64,000 nt of DNA. It comes from Armatimonadota bacterium (GTDB lineage Bacteria; Armatimonadota; UBA10988). Position 1 is the first letter of the stretch. Each line of letters opens with the position of its first letter. Below the pieces are notes generated by a model. It had not been told where the DNA came from. It ran no database searches and saw only the letters and a program-made list of their open reading frames with translations. Shown piece after piece: positions 29,846 through 39,140 of the stretch. A program made the position numbers and the translations under genes. The DNA is taken from positions 14,682 through 78,681 of the forward strand of contig JACRKZ010000068.1 in assembly GCA_016235455.1 (NCBI GenBank), given 5' to 3'.

Positions 29846-29951
29846 GCTTGAGGCGAACGGTGTCAGGGCAGAAAAACGGTGTCAGGGACCGTTTCGCTCG
29901 CGAAACGGTCCCTGACACCGTTTTTCTGCCCTGACACCGTTCGCCTCAAGC
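29846..29951. repeat. Perfect 52-bp inverted repeat (REP-like) between convergent genes
   Basis: Arms at 29846-29897 and 29900-29951; each carries two AACGGTGTCAGGG units. Confidence 0.9.
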
Positions 29952-30788
29952 AGACTCGACCGCCTGGAGCAGCGCGCGCATGGTGTCCTCGGGCAGGGCC
30001 GAGCTGTGCTTGTCGCAGGGGAAAGCGCCATCGGCGACTTCGGCGGCGTAGGCGCGCAGGGCCTCGGTGGCCAGGTCGCCGAGCTTGGCATACTGGCCGG
30101 CATGGCGCGGCACGAAATCGGGGAACAGGCCCAGCAGGTCGTGCCAGACCTGAACCTGGCCGTCGCAGCCCGGGCCGGAGCCGATGCCGATAGTGGGCAC
30201 GCGCAGGTTGCCGGTGACGCGGGCGGCCAGCGGTGCGGGCACGCATTCCAGCACGATGGCGAACGCGCCCGCCTCTTGCAGGGCCAGGGCGTCGTCGAGC
30301 AGTTTGCGCGCCTGAGAGACAGTCTTGCCGCGCACGATCTGGCGGCCAAAGGTGTGTACCGACTGCGGCGTGTAGCCCAGGTGGCCCATGACCGGCAGGC
30401 CGCGCACGGTCAGCGCGCGGACCACGTCGAGCGCCTCGTCGGCGCCCTCGAGCTTGACGGCCTGCACGCCGGCCTCCTGGAACAGCCGCGCGGCGCTGCG
30501 CAGCGCGTCGTCGACCGACGCGTAGGTCATGAACGGCAGGTCGCCCACGACCATGGCGTGGTCGGAGCCGCGCACGACCATCTGCGCGTGGTAGACCATG
30601 TGGTCGAGGGTCACGGGCACCGTGGTGTCGTGGCCTTGGACCACCGTACCCACGCTGTCGCCCACGAGCATCAACGGCAGCCCGGCGCGTTCGGCCAGGC
30701 GAGCGGAGGTGTAGTCGTAGGCGGTGACCATGGCGAAGCGTTCACCGCGGCGCTTGAGTTCCAGCAGATCGCCGATGGTGACTCTCAT
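29946..30788 (-). CDS. panB: 3-methyl-2-oxobutanoate hydroxymethyltransferase
   Basis: [37 protein letters not shown]. Confidence 0.95.
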   Translation of the reverse strand: MRVTIGDLLELKRRGERFAMVTAYDYTSARLAERAGLPLMLVGDSVGTVVQGHDTTVPVTLDHMVYHAQMVVRGSDHAMVVGDLPFMTYASVDDALRSAARLFQEAGVQAVKLEGADEALDVVRALTVRGLPVMGHLGYTPQSVHTFGRQIVRGKTVSQARKLLDDALALQEAGAFAIVLECVPAPLAARVTGNLRVPTIGIGSGPGCDGQVQVWHDLLGLFPDFVPRHAGQYAKLGDLATEALRAYAAEVADGAFPCDKHSSALPEDTMRALLQAVESA

Positions 30789-31207
30789 GACAAGCTCCCC
30801 AGCCGGTCGAGCACCGGCTCCTCGGGCGGCAGGATGCGCGGCCGGTCGATGGCGCTGACGCGGTTGTCCGCGTCGACATGCACCAGCGTCGGCCGGAAGT
30901 CGGTCAGTTCGGACTCGCTCAACTGGCAGTAGGCGATGACGATGACCAGATCGCCGGGATGGCCCAGGCGCGCCGCGGCGCCGTTGAGCGCGATGATGCC
31001 GCTGCCGGCCTCGCCAGGAATGACATAAGTCTCGAAACGCGCGCCGTTGGCGATATTCACCACCGCAATCTGCTCATACGGCAGCAACCCGGCGGCGTCC
31101 ATCAAGTCGGTGTCGACGGTCAGGCTGCCGACGTAGTTGAGGTTGGCGTCGGTGATCGTCGCGCGGTGGATCTTGCAGCGGCAGAAAGGTCTCAACATCA
31201 CGGCCAT
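30785..31207 (-). CDS. panD: Aspartate 1-decarboxylase
   Basis: [12 protein letters not shown] self-cleavage site, [14 protein letters not shown]. Confidence 0.95.
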   Translation of the reverse strand: MAVMLRPFCRCKIHRATITDANLNYVGSLTVDTDLMDAAGLLPYEQIAVVNIANGARFETYVIPGEAGSGIIALNGAAARLGHPGDLVIVIAYCQLSESELTDFRPTLVHVDADNRVSAIDRPRILPPEEPVLDRLGSLS

Positions 31208-31209
31208 CC

Positions 31210-31647
31210 CTAAAGGTCGCGTGCCAGGAAGACCACCGAAGAGTCGTCCGTGCCCGGCAGATAGCGGTCGTTGAACCCGCAGATGCGGAAGCTGTTTTGC
31301 AGGTAGAACTCGATCAATTGCCCGCCTTGGGGCTCAAAGTCCATGAGCACCAGCGCGCCCAGGCCCTTGGCCGCGGCCAGCAGCGCGTCGACCAGGATGC
31401 GGCCCTGACCATGGCCGCGGCGGTCGCGGCGGATGCTCAGGTCCATGATCCAGGCGACCTTGTTCCAGCGCCAAAGCTGGCAGCCGGCCACGCCGAAAGC
31501 TCGCCCGGCATCGTCGACCAGCACCACCCAGGTCTCGTGGTCCGAGCCAAAGGCCTTCTTGAAGGCCTCGGCGTCACGGCCGGTGGCGGTGATCGAAGCG
31601 CACAGGTCGGCGTCTTCCTCGCGCGCGGGCCGCGTGCTAGCTGGCAT
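31210..31647 (-). CDS. GNAT-family acetyltransferase
   Basis: RRGHGQG acetyl-CoA motif, FYLQNSF. Confidence 0.8.
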   Translation of the reverse strand: MPASTRPAREEDADLCASITATGRDAEAFKKAFGSDHETWVVLVDDAGRAFGVAGCQLWRWNKVAWIMDLSIRRDRRGHGQGRILVDALLAAAKGLGALVLMDFEPQGGQLIEFYLQNSFRICGFNDRYLPGTDDSSVVFLARDL

Positions 31648-32113
31648 GACGCTTCCCCTCTCCGGCTACCTCGCCGGCGCGAAACTGCCGGGCATCGCCC
31701 AGGCTGTCCAGTTCCGCGGCGTACAGCGGCATGACCACCTTGGGCCGCGACGCCGAGCGCTCGTCGTCGTCGTGGCGGAAGCCACGCCCCTCGCCCAGCC
31801 GGCCCAGATCAACCGCGTATTCGCCCGGACCCACCGGCTTGTAGGGCACCTGATGGAGCCGCCTCCCAACCGCCGGCTGCGCCGGTTCGGTCGAGGTGCC
31901 GGACCCGTCAGCCGCCGCCGAATCGGCCGACGCGTCGGCCACGAGATGCAGTTGGTCGCGCAAGGCTTTGGCCCGCGCCACATCCGCCTCGCCCCACACG
32001 CGCCAGTTGCGCCAGTCCCGCGCCACATCGGTCAGGCGCCCCTCGGCGATCCACCGCAACAGCGTGTTCTTGGACACGCCAATGCGCGCCGCCGCCTCCG
32101 CCGTCGAGATCAT
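31637..32113 (-). CDS. MerR/excisionase-type HTH protein
   Basis: STAEAAARIGVSKNTLLRWIAEG...RDWRNWRVW; GGAG upstream. Confidence 0.8.
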   Translation of the reverse strand: MISTAEAAARIGVSKNTLLRWIAEGRLTDVARDWRNWRVWGEADVARAKALRDQLHLVADASADSAAADGSGTSTEPAQPAVGRRLHQVPYKPVGPGEYAVDLGRLGEGRGFRHDDDERSASRPKVVMPLYAAELDSLGDARQFRAGEVAGEGKRHAS

Positions 32114-32126
32114 GGGTCGTCTCCAG

Positions 32127-32191
32127 GTGAGTACAGTGAGTATACTCACTATCCCTACAACTCAGCTTAGCACTGGCGGCACACCTGTCAA
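32127..32191 (-). promoter_or_regulatory. Sigma70-type promoter with downstream palindromic operator
   Basis: TTGACA (32191-32186), 16 nt, TAAGCT (32169-32164); perfect palindrome AGTGAGTATACTCACT at 32135-32150 plus half-site GTGAGTAC at 32127-32134. Confidence 0.65.
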
Positions 32192-32207
32192 GCAACCATG
32201 GCGGGGA

Positions 32208-32552
32208 TCAGCGCCAGATGACGGACTCGTAGTACTGCTCGACGAACAACGTAGCGGCACGAATGTCGTCGTCGGTCAGATCGAGCTGGTGAGCAGCGAC
32301 GACCACGAGCTTGTCGTCGTCGTCGTTGGTGCGGTGGATGACCGCGAGGCAGTGGCCGCTGGCGCGGTCGACGGGGCGGTCGGCGCCCAGGTACCAGGCG
32401 TCGAGTTCATGGCCATCGGGCGACAGCGTGCCAGGCACGTAGCCGTAGTTCAGCTGGTAGATGATTTCGCACCGGGGGTGTCGGCTGCCCAGCGGGCGGT
32501 CGATGACCAGGTCAACGGTCCGTCCCAGGTACGAGCGTGCGTCAGTGGTCAT
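32208..32552 (-). CDS. Short inorganic pyrophosphatase-family protein
   Basis: IDRPLGS, YQLNYGYVPGT, DGHELD, DDDKLV. Confidence 0.8.
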   Translation of the reverse strand: MTTDARSYLGRTVDLVIDRPLGSRHPRCEIIYQLNYGYVPGTLSPDGHELDAWYLGADRPVDRASGHCLAVIHRTNDDDDKLVVVAAHQLDLTDDDIRAATLFVEQYYESVIWR

Positions 32553-32607
32553 GGTGCGGAGGAGGCCACCGGCGGCAAGGGCGCCGCCGGTGGCCAGCGG
32601 CGAATGT

Positions 32608-33696
32608 CTAGAGCAGGCCCCACAGGACCATTTCGCTGCCGAGCTCAGCGTCGATGAAGGTGACCAAGACGCCTCCGACGACTTCGCCATCGACGACCGC
32701 GATCTCGTTGCCTTGGGCATCGCGCAATGATCCGGTGAAGATCCCGCCGTCGGTGATGGTCATGTCGCAGTTCATGCCGTTGCTGGCCAGGCAGCGGATG
32801 TGCCCGCTGACCGTCATGTCACTCTCGGCCTTGGCCCCGCGGATCGGCGGGAGGGCATCCACGCCCGCGTACTTCAGGGACTCTTGCGTGCGCACCCACC
32901 ACAGGCCGGTCTCGAACTGCTCGCCAATGCTGGTGGAGCCGGTGAAGTCCAGGCCAGTGCGGTTGCCGTTGAGGTAGCCGGTCAGAGTCATCGATTCCGA
33001 GCTGCGGTACAGCAGCGAGCCATCCTCCGCGCGGACCTCCACGGCGGCGTTGTGCCGACCGCTCATCTCACCGATCATGCTTTGCAGGCTGAGCAACGTG
33101 CCGGTCATCTCGGTCTGCATGCGCACGGTCACCACGTCGGTGTCGAGCGCATAGGTGCCGTTGACACCCAGCACGACGCGGATCGCCGCGCCGTTGGTGA
33201 TGGCGGCTTCCAGCCCCGCGGCCAGTTCATGCACGCCGTCGCGGCCCACGAGCTGTGCGCTGACGCTCTGCTGCGTGATGCGGACGGTGCCGGTCCAATG
33301 CAGGCCGGTGATGTCGTCGTGGTGATCGATGGTGGTCGTGCCGGGGGTGATGGTGGGCAGCGCCTCGATTTGGCGTTGGGCCAACCGGGCCACCGTCGCG
33401 GTGGTTCGCTGCCGGCGGGTGCGCACGTCGCCCAACGGGCCAAACGCGGCGCGGGTGTCCAGCCCGGTACCCAACCAGCTCAGCGCCCACAGCGCGTTGG
33501 CGGTACCGGTGCTGGTAACGCCGCCATCGGCCAGGCCGCCACTGGCGGTGGACACGGCCAGATCGCGCATGCTGGCCTCGTCGGCCGTCGGCGCGAAGAA
33601 GCCTTCCGAGGGCGCGCCGATGAAGCCGCTGCCACCGCAGCCGGCCAGCAGCACCAGGGCCACCACGGCCCCCAGTTGGTAAGTGAGTCGTCGCAT
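32608..33696 (-). CDS. Hypothetical lipoprotein
   Basis: Lipobox LAGC; beta-rich body; GAGGAG upstream. Confidence 0.7.
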   Translation of the reverse strand: MRRLTYQLGAVVALVLLAGCGGSGFIGAPSEGFFAPTADEASMRDLAVSTASGGLADGGVTSTGTANALWALSWLGTGLDTRAAFGPLGDVRTRRQRTTATVARLAQRQIEALPTITPGTTTIDHHDDITGLHWTGTVRITQQSVSAQLVGRDGVHELAAGLEAAITNGAAIRVVLGVNGTYALDTDVVTVRMQTEMTGTLLSLQSMIGEMSGRHNAAVEVRAEDGSLLYRSSESMTLTGYLNGNRTGLDFTGSTSIGEQFETGLWWVRTQESLKYAGVDALPPIRGAKAESDMTVSGHIRCLASNGMNCDMTITDGGIFTGSLRDAQGNEIAVVDGEVVGGVLVTFIDAELGSEMVLWGLL

Positions 33697-33834
33697 GGGC
33701 TATCTCCTCGCCTCTGGGACAGAACATGGTACGACTGGTCCGGCCCTCGCCAGAGTATGGCTCCCGCGCGAGTGCGACGCAAGGCGATCAGGCGGTCGCT
33801 CCCGCGCGTTACAATACCGCCTAACGAGGCCCCG

Positions 33835-35298
33835 ATGAGCTACCCGAACTTTCGTGCCTTTGTCGACGACCTGGAACGCCGCGGCGAACTGACACGCGTC
33901 AGCCGCGCCGTTGACCCCGTGCTGGAGATCACCGAGATCGCCGACCGCTGCGTCAAGCAGGGCGGTCCCGCACTGCTGTTCGAGAACCCGGTGGGCTCGA
34001 CCATTCCCGTGGCCATCAACACCTATGCGTCCTGGCGGCGCATGGGCCTGGCCCTGGGCGCGGAATCGATGGACGAGATCGCCGAGCGCATCCGCAAGCT
34101 CGTGCACCTGCCCCAGGCGCTGCCGCGCATGAGCCTGGGCGAGAAGCTGGCCGCCGGCTGGGAGGCGCTGGGCCTGTTGCCCCAGCTCAAACCCCGCCTG
34201 GTCAAGACCGGCCGTTGTCAGGAGATCGTGGAGACGGAGTATCCTAACCTGCTTGAGCTGCCGGTTCTCTGGTGCTGGCCCGAGGATGGCGGCCGCTTTG
34301 TGACGCTGCCCCTGGTGTTCACTCGCGACCGTGTGACTGGGGCGCGCAACGTGGGTATGTACCGGCTGCAGGTCTTCGACGAGCGCACCACGGGCATGCA
34401 CTGGCATTTCCACAAGGAGAGCAGCCGACGCTACCAGGACTACGAGGCGTGTGGCGAGCGCATGGAGGTGGCGGTGGCGCTGGGCGGCGACCCGACGCTG
34501 ACCTACTGCGCCACGGCACCGCTGCCCGACGGCATCGACGAGATGATGCTGGCCGGCTTCCTGCGTGGCTCGGCGGTGGAAATGGTGCAGTGCAAGACGG
34601 TTGACCTGCAGGTGCCGGCCAGCGCGGAGATCGTGCTGGAAGGCTACGTGGAGCCCGGGGAGCGGCGGCGCGAGGGCCCGTTCGGCGACCATACCGGCTT
34701 CTACAGCCTGGCCGACGACTATCCGGTGTTCCATGTGACGGCCATCACGCGCGCCGCCGACGCGGTCTACCCCTGCACCGTGGTGGGCAAGCCGCCGATG
34801 GAGGACACGTATCTGGGCGGCGCGACGGAGCGCATCTTCCTGCCGCTGATCCAGATGGTCATGCCCGAAATCCGCGATATGGCCATGCCCCTGGCGGGTG
34901 TCTTCCACAACTGCGTGGTGGTCAGCATCGACAAGCGCTACCCGCTGCACGCGCGCAAGATCTGCTACGCCATCTGGGGCACGGGCCAGCTCATGTTCAC
35001 CAAGTTCATCATCGTGGTGGACAAGCATGTCGACGTGCACAATGAGCAGGAAGTGATGTGGCACGTCTGGAACTCGGTCGACCCGCGGCGTGACACGTTC
35101 GTGGTGGACGGTCCGCTGGACGCGCTCGACCACACCTGCCCGCAGCCGTGCTGGGGCTCGAAGATGGGCATCGACGCGACGAAGAAATGGGCCAGCGAGG
35201 GGTTTGCGCGGGAGTGGCCCAATGAGATCGACATGAGCGAGGCGATCCGGGCGCGGGTGGATGGGATGTGGAGTGAGCTGGGTATAGACTTGGGGTAG
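33835..35298 (+). CDS. ubiD: UbiD-family decarboxylase (MqnL-type)
   Basis: NVGMYRLQ, EIVLEG, EGPFGDHTGFY, GKPPMED, KMGIDAT. Confidence 0.92.
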   Translation: MSYPNFRAFVDDLERRGELTRVSRAVDPVLEITEIADRCVKQGGPALLFENPVGSTIPVAINTYASWRRMGLALGAESMDEIAERIRKLVHLPQALPRMSLGEKLAAGWEALGLLPQLKPRLVKTGRCQEIVETEYPNLLELPVLWCWPEDGGRFVTLPLVFTRDRVTGARNVGMYRLQVFDERTTGMHWHFHKESSRRYQDYEACGERMEVAVALGGDPTLTYCATAPLPDGIDEMMLAGFLRGSAVEMVQCKTVDLQVPASAEIVLEGYVEPGERRREGPFGDHTGFYSLADDYPVFHVTAITRAADAVYPCTVVGKPPMEDTYLGGATERIFLPLIQMVMPEIRDMAMPLAGVFHNCVVVSIDKRYPLHARKICYAIWGTGQLMFTKFIIVVDKHVDVHNEQEVMWHVWNSVDPRRDTFVVDGPLDALDHTCPQPCWGSKMGIDATKKWASEGFAREWPNEIDMSEAIRARVDGMWSELGIDLG

Positions 35299-35309
35299 GT
35301 GGGCGACCG

Positions 35310-35765
35310 ATGGTCAAGCACACGGCGGAGTCGTATCGCGAGGCAGCGCTGGCCCATCTGAAGCTGGCGCTGAGCCTGCACCACGATCTGGCCGCCTACG
35401 GCGCCGCCCACTACTGGGCAGGACTGGCTGTGGAGTGCATGTTGCGGGCGTGGCGCAGGTTGGCTCATGCCGAGTTCGACAGCCGCCACGACTTGGTTGC
35501 ATTGGCCAGAGCCGCGCGATTCCATCAGGTTGTAGGTCCCGATCTAGCACCATTGGTGTCCACGGCGCTGGGCGAAGTGGCCGTACGCTGGTCCAACGAC
35601 CACCGCTACCGGCCGGCCCGCCTGATTGAGCGATGGCTGCGCGACCAGGGCCTTGACCGGCACGTCGCCGGTGACAAGCTGAAGTACAGCAGCACGTGCA
35701 TCATCGATGCAGCACAGACGATCGTACAGATGGGAGCACGACGATGGCCTTCGACGACGAACTGA
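35310..35765 (+). CDS. HEPN-domain protein
   Basis: YWAGLAVECMLRA, RHDL, WSNDHRY pattern. Confidence 0.7.
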   Translation: MVKHTAESYREAALAHLKLALSLHHDLAAYGAAHYWAGLAVECMLRAWRRLAHAEFDSRHDLVALARAARFHQVVGPDLAPLVSTALGEVAVRWSNDHRYRPARLIERWLRDQGLDRHVAGDKLKYSSTCIIDAAQTIVQMGARRWPSTTN

Positions 35766-36007
35766 GGCAGAGCTTGGTCGAGCGGTTCCCCGGGGCCGAA
35801 CTGGTCGACTTCGGCCGCGCCGATGAGGCCGACCAACTCGGCGGCGTCGTGTGCTGGGAGGGCTTTGAGGACGTGGCGCAGATCGACCGGCAGATCGCGC
35901 TATGGGACATGCTGAAGGGCAGGTTCTCCCGCGACCAACTGCTTGAGGTTGGCTTCATCATGACCTTCACCCCCTTCGAGCTGACCGCCCTGGCCGAGCG
36001 CTCGTGA
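35744..36007 (+). CDS. Small acidic BolA-like protein
   Basis: VVCWEGFEDVAQIDRQIALWDML...TFTPFE resembles BolA VVSxxF..R...TPxE; overlaps the HEPN gene. Confidence 0.55.
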   Translation: MAFDDELRQSLVERFPGAELVDFGRADEADQLGGVVCWEGFEDVAQIDRQIALWDMLKGRFSRDQLLEVGFIMTFTPFELTALAERS

Positions 36008-36603
36008 ACACACCACCCCATCGCCTCGTCATCGCCGTCTCCGGCGCCTCGGGCAGCCGCTATGCGCGGCTGCTGCTGGAGCACGCCATCCCCTTTGTGC
36101 CCGAGATCGGCCTGGTGGTCAGCCGTGTGGCGCCACAGGTTATCGCCCAGGAGCTCGACCTGCCCGAGGGCGACCTGCTGGCCGGGCTGGCTCTGCCCGA
36201 GGGCCATCGCGTCACGCGCCATGCCATCGACGACTACCGCGCGCCGTTTGCCTCGGGCTCCAATGTCTATGATGCCATGGTCGTCGTGCCGTGCAGCCAG
36301 GGGCTGATCGGCCGCATGGCGCACGGCATCAGCGACTGCCTGATCAGCCGGGCCGCCGATGTGTTCCTCAAGGAGCGGCGCCCGCTCATCCTCGTGCCGC
36401 GCGAGATGCCCATGAGCACGCTGCATCTGCGCAACCAGCTCACGCTGGCCGAAGCCGGAGCGCTGATACTGCCGGCCTGCCCCAACTTCTACCATCGACC
36501 ACAAACGGTGGAGGAGGTTATGCTGACGGTGGTCGACCGCATCCTGTCGCACCTGAACCTGCGGCGACCGGGGAGTCGGCGTTGGTCCGAGGAGGCTCGA
36601 TGA
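36004..36603 (+). CDS. ubiX: Flavin prenyltransferase UbiX
   Basis: SGASG, ASGS, PCS, RAADVFLKERRPLILVPRE, FYHRP. Confidence 0.93.
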   Translation: MNTPPHRLVIAVSGASGSRYARLLLEHAIPFVPEIGLVVSRVAPQVIAQELDLPEGDLLAGLALPEGHRVTRHAIDDYRAPFASGSNVYDAMVVVPCSQGLIGRMAHGISDCLISRAADVFLKERRPLILVPREMPMSTLHLRNQLTLAEAGALILPACPNFYHRPQTVEEVMLTVVDRILSHLNLRRPGSRRWSEEAR

Positions 36604-37499
36604 GGTCGTTTGCCGCTGATCTGAGGGGATTCCTGACCGATATCCGGTTGGAGCACAGCCTCTTCGCGCTGCCGTTTGCGCTGATCGGCGCGCTGCTGGC
36701 CTGTCAGGCCGGGCTGTATGCCGGCACCCGCCTGCTGCCCTATCCCAGCCGCCACGAGTTGCTCTATCTGGTGGTGGCCATGGTCGCCGCGCGTAGCGCC
36801 GCCATGGGCTTCAACCGTGTGGTCGACCGCCACATCGACGCCCGCAACCCGCGCACGGCGGGCCGCAGCCTGGCCGCGGGCCGGGCCCGCGTGGTCACCT
36901 ACTGGGTGCTCATCGCCGGCGGCTCCGCGCTCACCTGGCTGGTCGCCGGGCGGTTCAACGCGCTGGCCCAGCGCTGCGCGCCGTTCGCGCTCGGGGTGCT
37001 GTTCTTCTACAGCCTGACCAAGCGCTTCACCGCGTTGTGTCACTTCTTCCTGGGCCTGGCGCTGGCCATCTCGCCGTTGGCCGCCTGGGTGGCCCTGTGC
37101 GGCAAACTGCCAGCCGCCTGGCCGCCCTATCTGCTGTCGGCCGCGGTGCTGTTGTGGGTGGCCGGCTTCGACGTGCTCTATGCCACGTTGGATCTCGAAT
37201 TCGACCGGCGCGAGCGGCTGCACTCCATCCCCGCCGCCCTGGGCCTGCACCGCGCGTTGTGGGCGGCGCGGCTGTGTCATCTGGGCACGGCGCTGTGCCT
37301 GCTGGCCTTCTATGCGGCCACCTCGGGCCTGGGAGTCGGGTTCGGGCTGGCCACGCTGCTGTCGCTGGGCCTGCTGGCCTACCAGCATCTGCTGGTCCGA
37401 GCCGACGATCTGGGCCGGGTCAATGCCGCCTTCTTCACCGTCAATGCGGTGCTCGGGCTGATCCTGCTGGTCGGCGCGGTGCTCGACTGGGTGCTATAG
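36600..37499 (+). CDS. ubiA: UbiA-like prenyltransferase (MqnP-type)
   Basis: EHSLFALPF, NRVVDRHIDARNPRT, YSLTKRF, GFDVLYA. Confidence 0.9.
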   Translation: MRSFAADLRGFLTDIRLEHSLFALPFALIGALLACQAGLYAGTRLLPYPSRHELLYLVVAMVAARSAAMGFNRVVDRHIDARNPRTAGRSLAAGRARVVTYWVLIAGGSALTWLVAGRFNALAQRCAPFALGVLFFYSLTKRFTALCHFFLGLALAISPLAAWVALCGKLPAAWPPYLLSAAVLLWVAGFDVLYATLDLEFDRRERLHSIPAALGLHRALWAARLCHLGTALCLLAFYAATSGLGVGFGLATLLSLGLLAYQHLLVRADDLGRVNAAFFTVNAVLGLILLVGAVLDWVL

Positions 37500-38540
37500 C
37501 CCGCTCAACTCACTGGCCGTGGTCGGCGCTATCCACTCCATGAAGTGCGCCATGTTGGGGTACAGCCCGAAGCCGATGACCACGTCGCCGGCGCGCAGCA
37601 CGTAGGTCGGGTCGGGGCTGATCACCAGTTTGCCGTCGGCCGCGGCTTTGACCGCCGCTATCAACACGCCGGTCTCCTGGCGCACACCGGTGTCGCGCAG
37701 GGCCTGGTCACAGACGCGGCTGCCCGTCTCCACCACCGCCTCGCGCACCACCAGCCCGGCCTCGTGGCTCTCGCCCCAGCCGGCCATGAGTTCGGCCACC
37801 GAGGGCGACACCGCCGCCATGGCCAGCCGGTGCGCGCCGAGATCGTACGGCGAGACCACCGCATCCGCGCCCGCACGCCGCAGCTTGGCCTCGGAGCCGG
37901 GCGCCATGGCCGCGGCACAGATGTGCAGGTCGGGCACCAGTTCGCGCGCGGTCAGTGTCACGAACACATTGACCGGATCGCTCCGCGTCACGGCCATCAG
38001 GCCGTCGGCGCGCGCGATGCGCGCCTTGAGCAAGGTCTCCTCGTCGGTGGCATCGCCGCAGAGCGCCATCAGTCCATCGGCGCGCGCCTCCTCGACGGCT
38101 TGCGAGTTGGTGTCGATGACCAGCGCGGTGCGACCGTTGCGCCGCAGCCACTTGGCCACGGACCGGCCCACCAAGCCGTAGCCAATGACCACAAAGTGCC
38201 GCTCGGCGGCGGCCAGGTCGCGTTCCATCTGGCGGCTCCTCCAGCGCTGCCAGCCTATAACGGCCAGCTCGATGATATGGGCAACAATGAACGTCCAGGT
38301 GGCCAGTCCGACCACGATGACCGCCATGGTGAAGATCTTGGCCTCATCGGTCAGCGCGTAGTCGTTGTAGCCGATGGTGGTAATGGTGGTGAGCGTGAAG
38401 AACAGCGCCTGCAACAGGCTCCACGGCATGAGATGGGTGTAGGCATACGCCGCGACCAGGAACAGCAGCGCCAGCACGCCCACGGCGCGAGAGAGGCGGT
38501 AGCGCACAGCCTGCAGATCCCGGTCGGCACCCGTCAACAT
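37494..38540 (-). CDS. 2-TM potassium channel with TrkA-N/TrkA-C (RCK) domains
   Basis: TTIGYND filter, GYGLVG, GDAT, AGADAVVSP. Confidence 0.88.
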   Translation of the reverse strand: MLTGADRDLQAVRYRLSRAVGVLALLFLVAAYAYTHLMPWSLLQALFFTLTTITTIGYNDYALTDEAKIFTMAVIVVGLATWTFIVAHIIELAVIGWQRWRSRQMERDLAAAERHFVVIGYGLVGRSVAKWLRRNGRTALVIDTNSQAVEEARADGLMALCGDATDEETLLKARIARADGLMAVTRSDPVNVFVTLTARELVPDLHICAAAMAPGSEAKLRRAGADAVVSPYDLGAHRLAMAAVSPSVAELMAGWGESHEAGLVVREAVVETGSRVCDQALRDTGVRQETGVLIAAVKAAADGKLVISPDPTYVLRAGDVVIGFGLYPNMAHFMEWIAPTTASELSGL

Positions 38541-38544
38541 CGGC

Positions 38545-39129
38545 TCAGGTCCTCGCCGGTGGTTGCAGGTCGCCGGTCTCGGGGTCGATGCGCCAGCCGT
38601 GGTTGAGGCACCACTGCCGCACCTGCATGGCGCGGCCCATGGCGCCCATGAACCTCTCGCGCAACTCCGGGTCGCCGATCCCGGCCGCCGCGGTCTCGAT
38701 GCTGCGCCGCGTCGACTGGGCCAGTTGCGTCTCCACCAGCTCACGCCCGGTGGGCATCGGCTCGCCTTCAGGCTCGGCCGCGTCCGTCTCCTCGGTCAGC
38801 CGGCGCACCAGCTCGTAGTCCACCTCGAAGCGCAGCTTCTCAATGCCCGCCTCGGGGCACACCTGCCGCAGCCGCTCGGTCAGACGCCGCGACTGGCTGT
38901 GCAGTGTCTGGCTCCAGGTGGCGTTATCCACCGAGACGACCAGCGTTCCGCCCAGCAGTCGGTTGGGCAGCGTGTGTCGACCCATCAGCTCGCCAACGAT
39001 CTCGCGCCACCGCCGACGCAGCATGCCCATGCGCAGGATGTCGGCCGCGCCGGGCTGACGCGCTAGGATCTGCTGCGCCAGGCCACCGACCTCGCTCAGC
39101 CTGCCGTCGGTCACGCGGGGACTGCCCAT
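38545..39129 (-). CDS. dciA: DUF721/DciA family protein
   Basis: WREIVG...GTLVVSVDNATWSQTL; directly after recF. Confidence 0.8.
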   Translation of the reverse strand: MGSPRVTDGRLSEVGGLAQQILARQPGAADILRMGMLRRRWREIVGELMGRHTLPNRLLGGTLVVSVDNATWSQTLHSQSRRLTERLRQVCPEAGIEKLRFEVDYELVRRLTEETDAAEPEGEPMPTGRELVETQLAQSTRRSIETAAAGIGDPELRERFMGAMGRAMQVRQWCLNHGWRIDPETGDLQPPART

Positions 39130-39140
39130 CGAGCTGTTCC

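Noticed and set aside
29846-29951. CRISPR array (also considered for 2498-2662 and 4520-4590)
   Set aside because: These are inverted repeats without unique spacers, and there are no cas genes.
31637-32113. Prophage excisionase marking a mobile element
   Set aside because: No integrase, phage genes or att-like repeats; it heads a metabolic operon.
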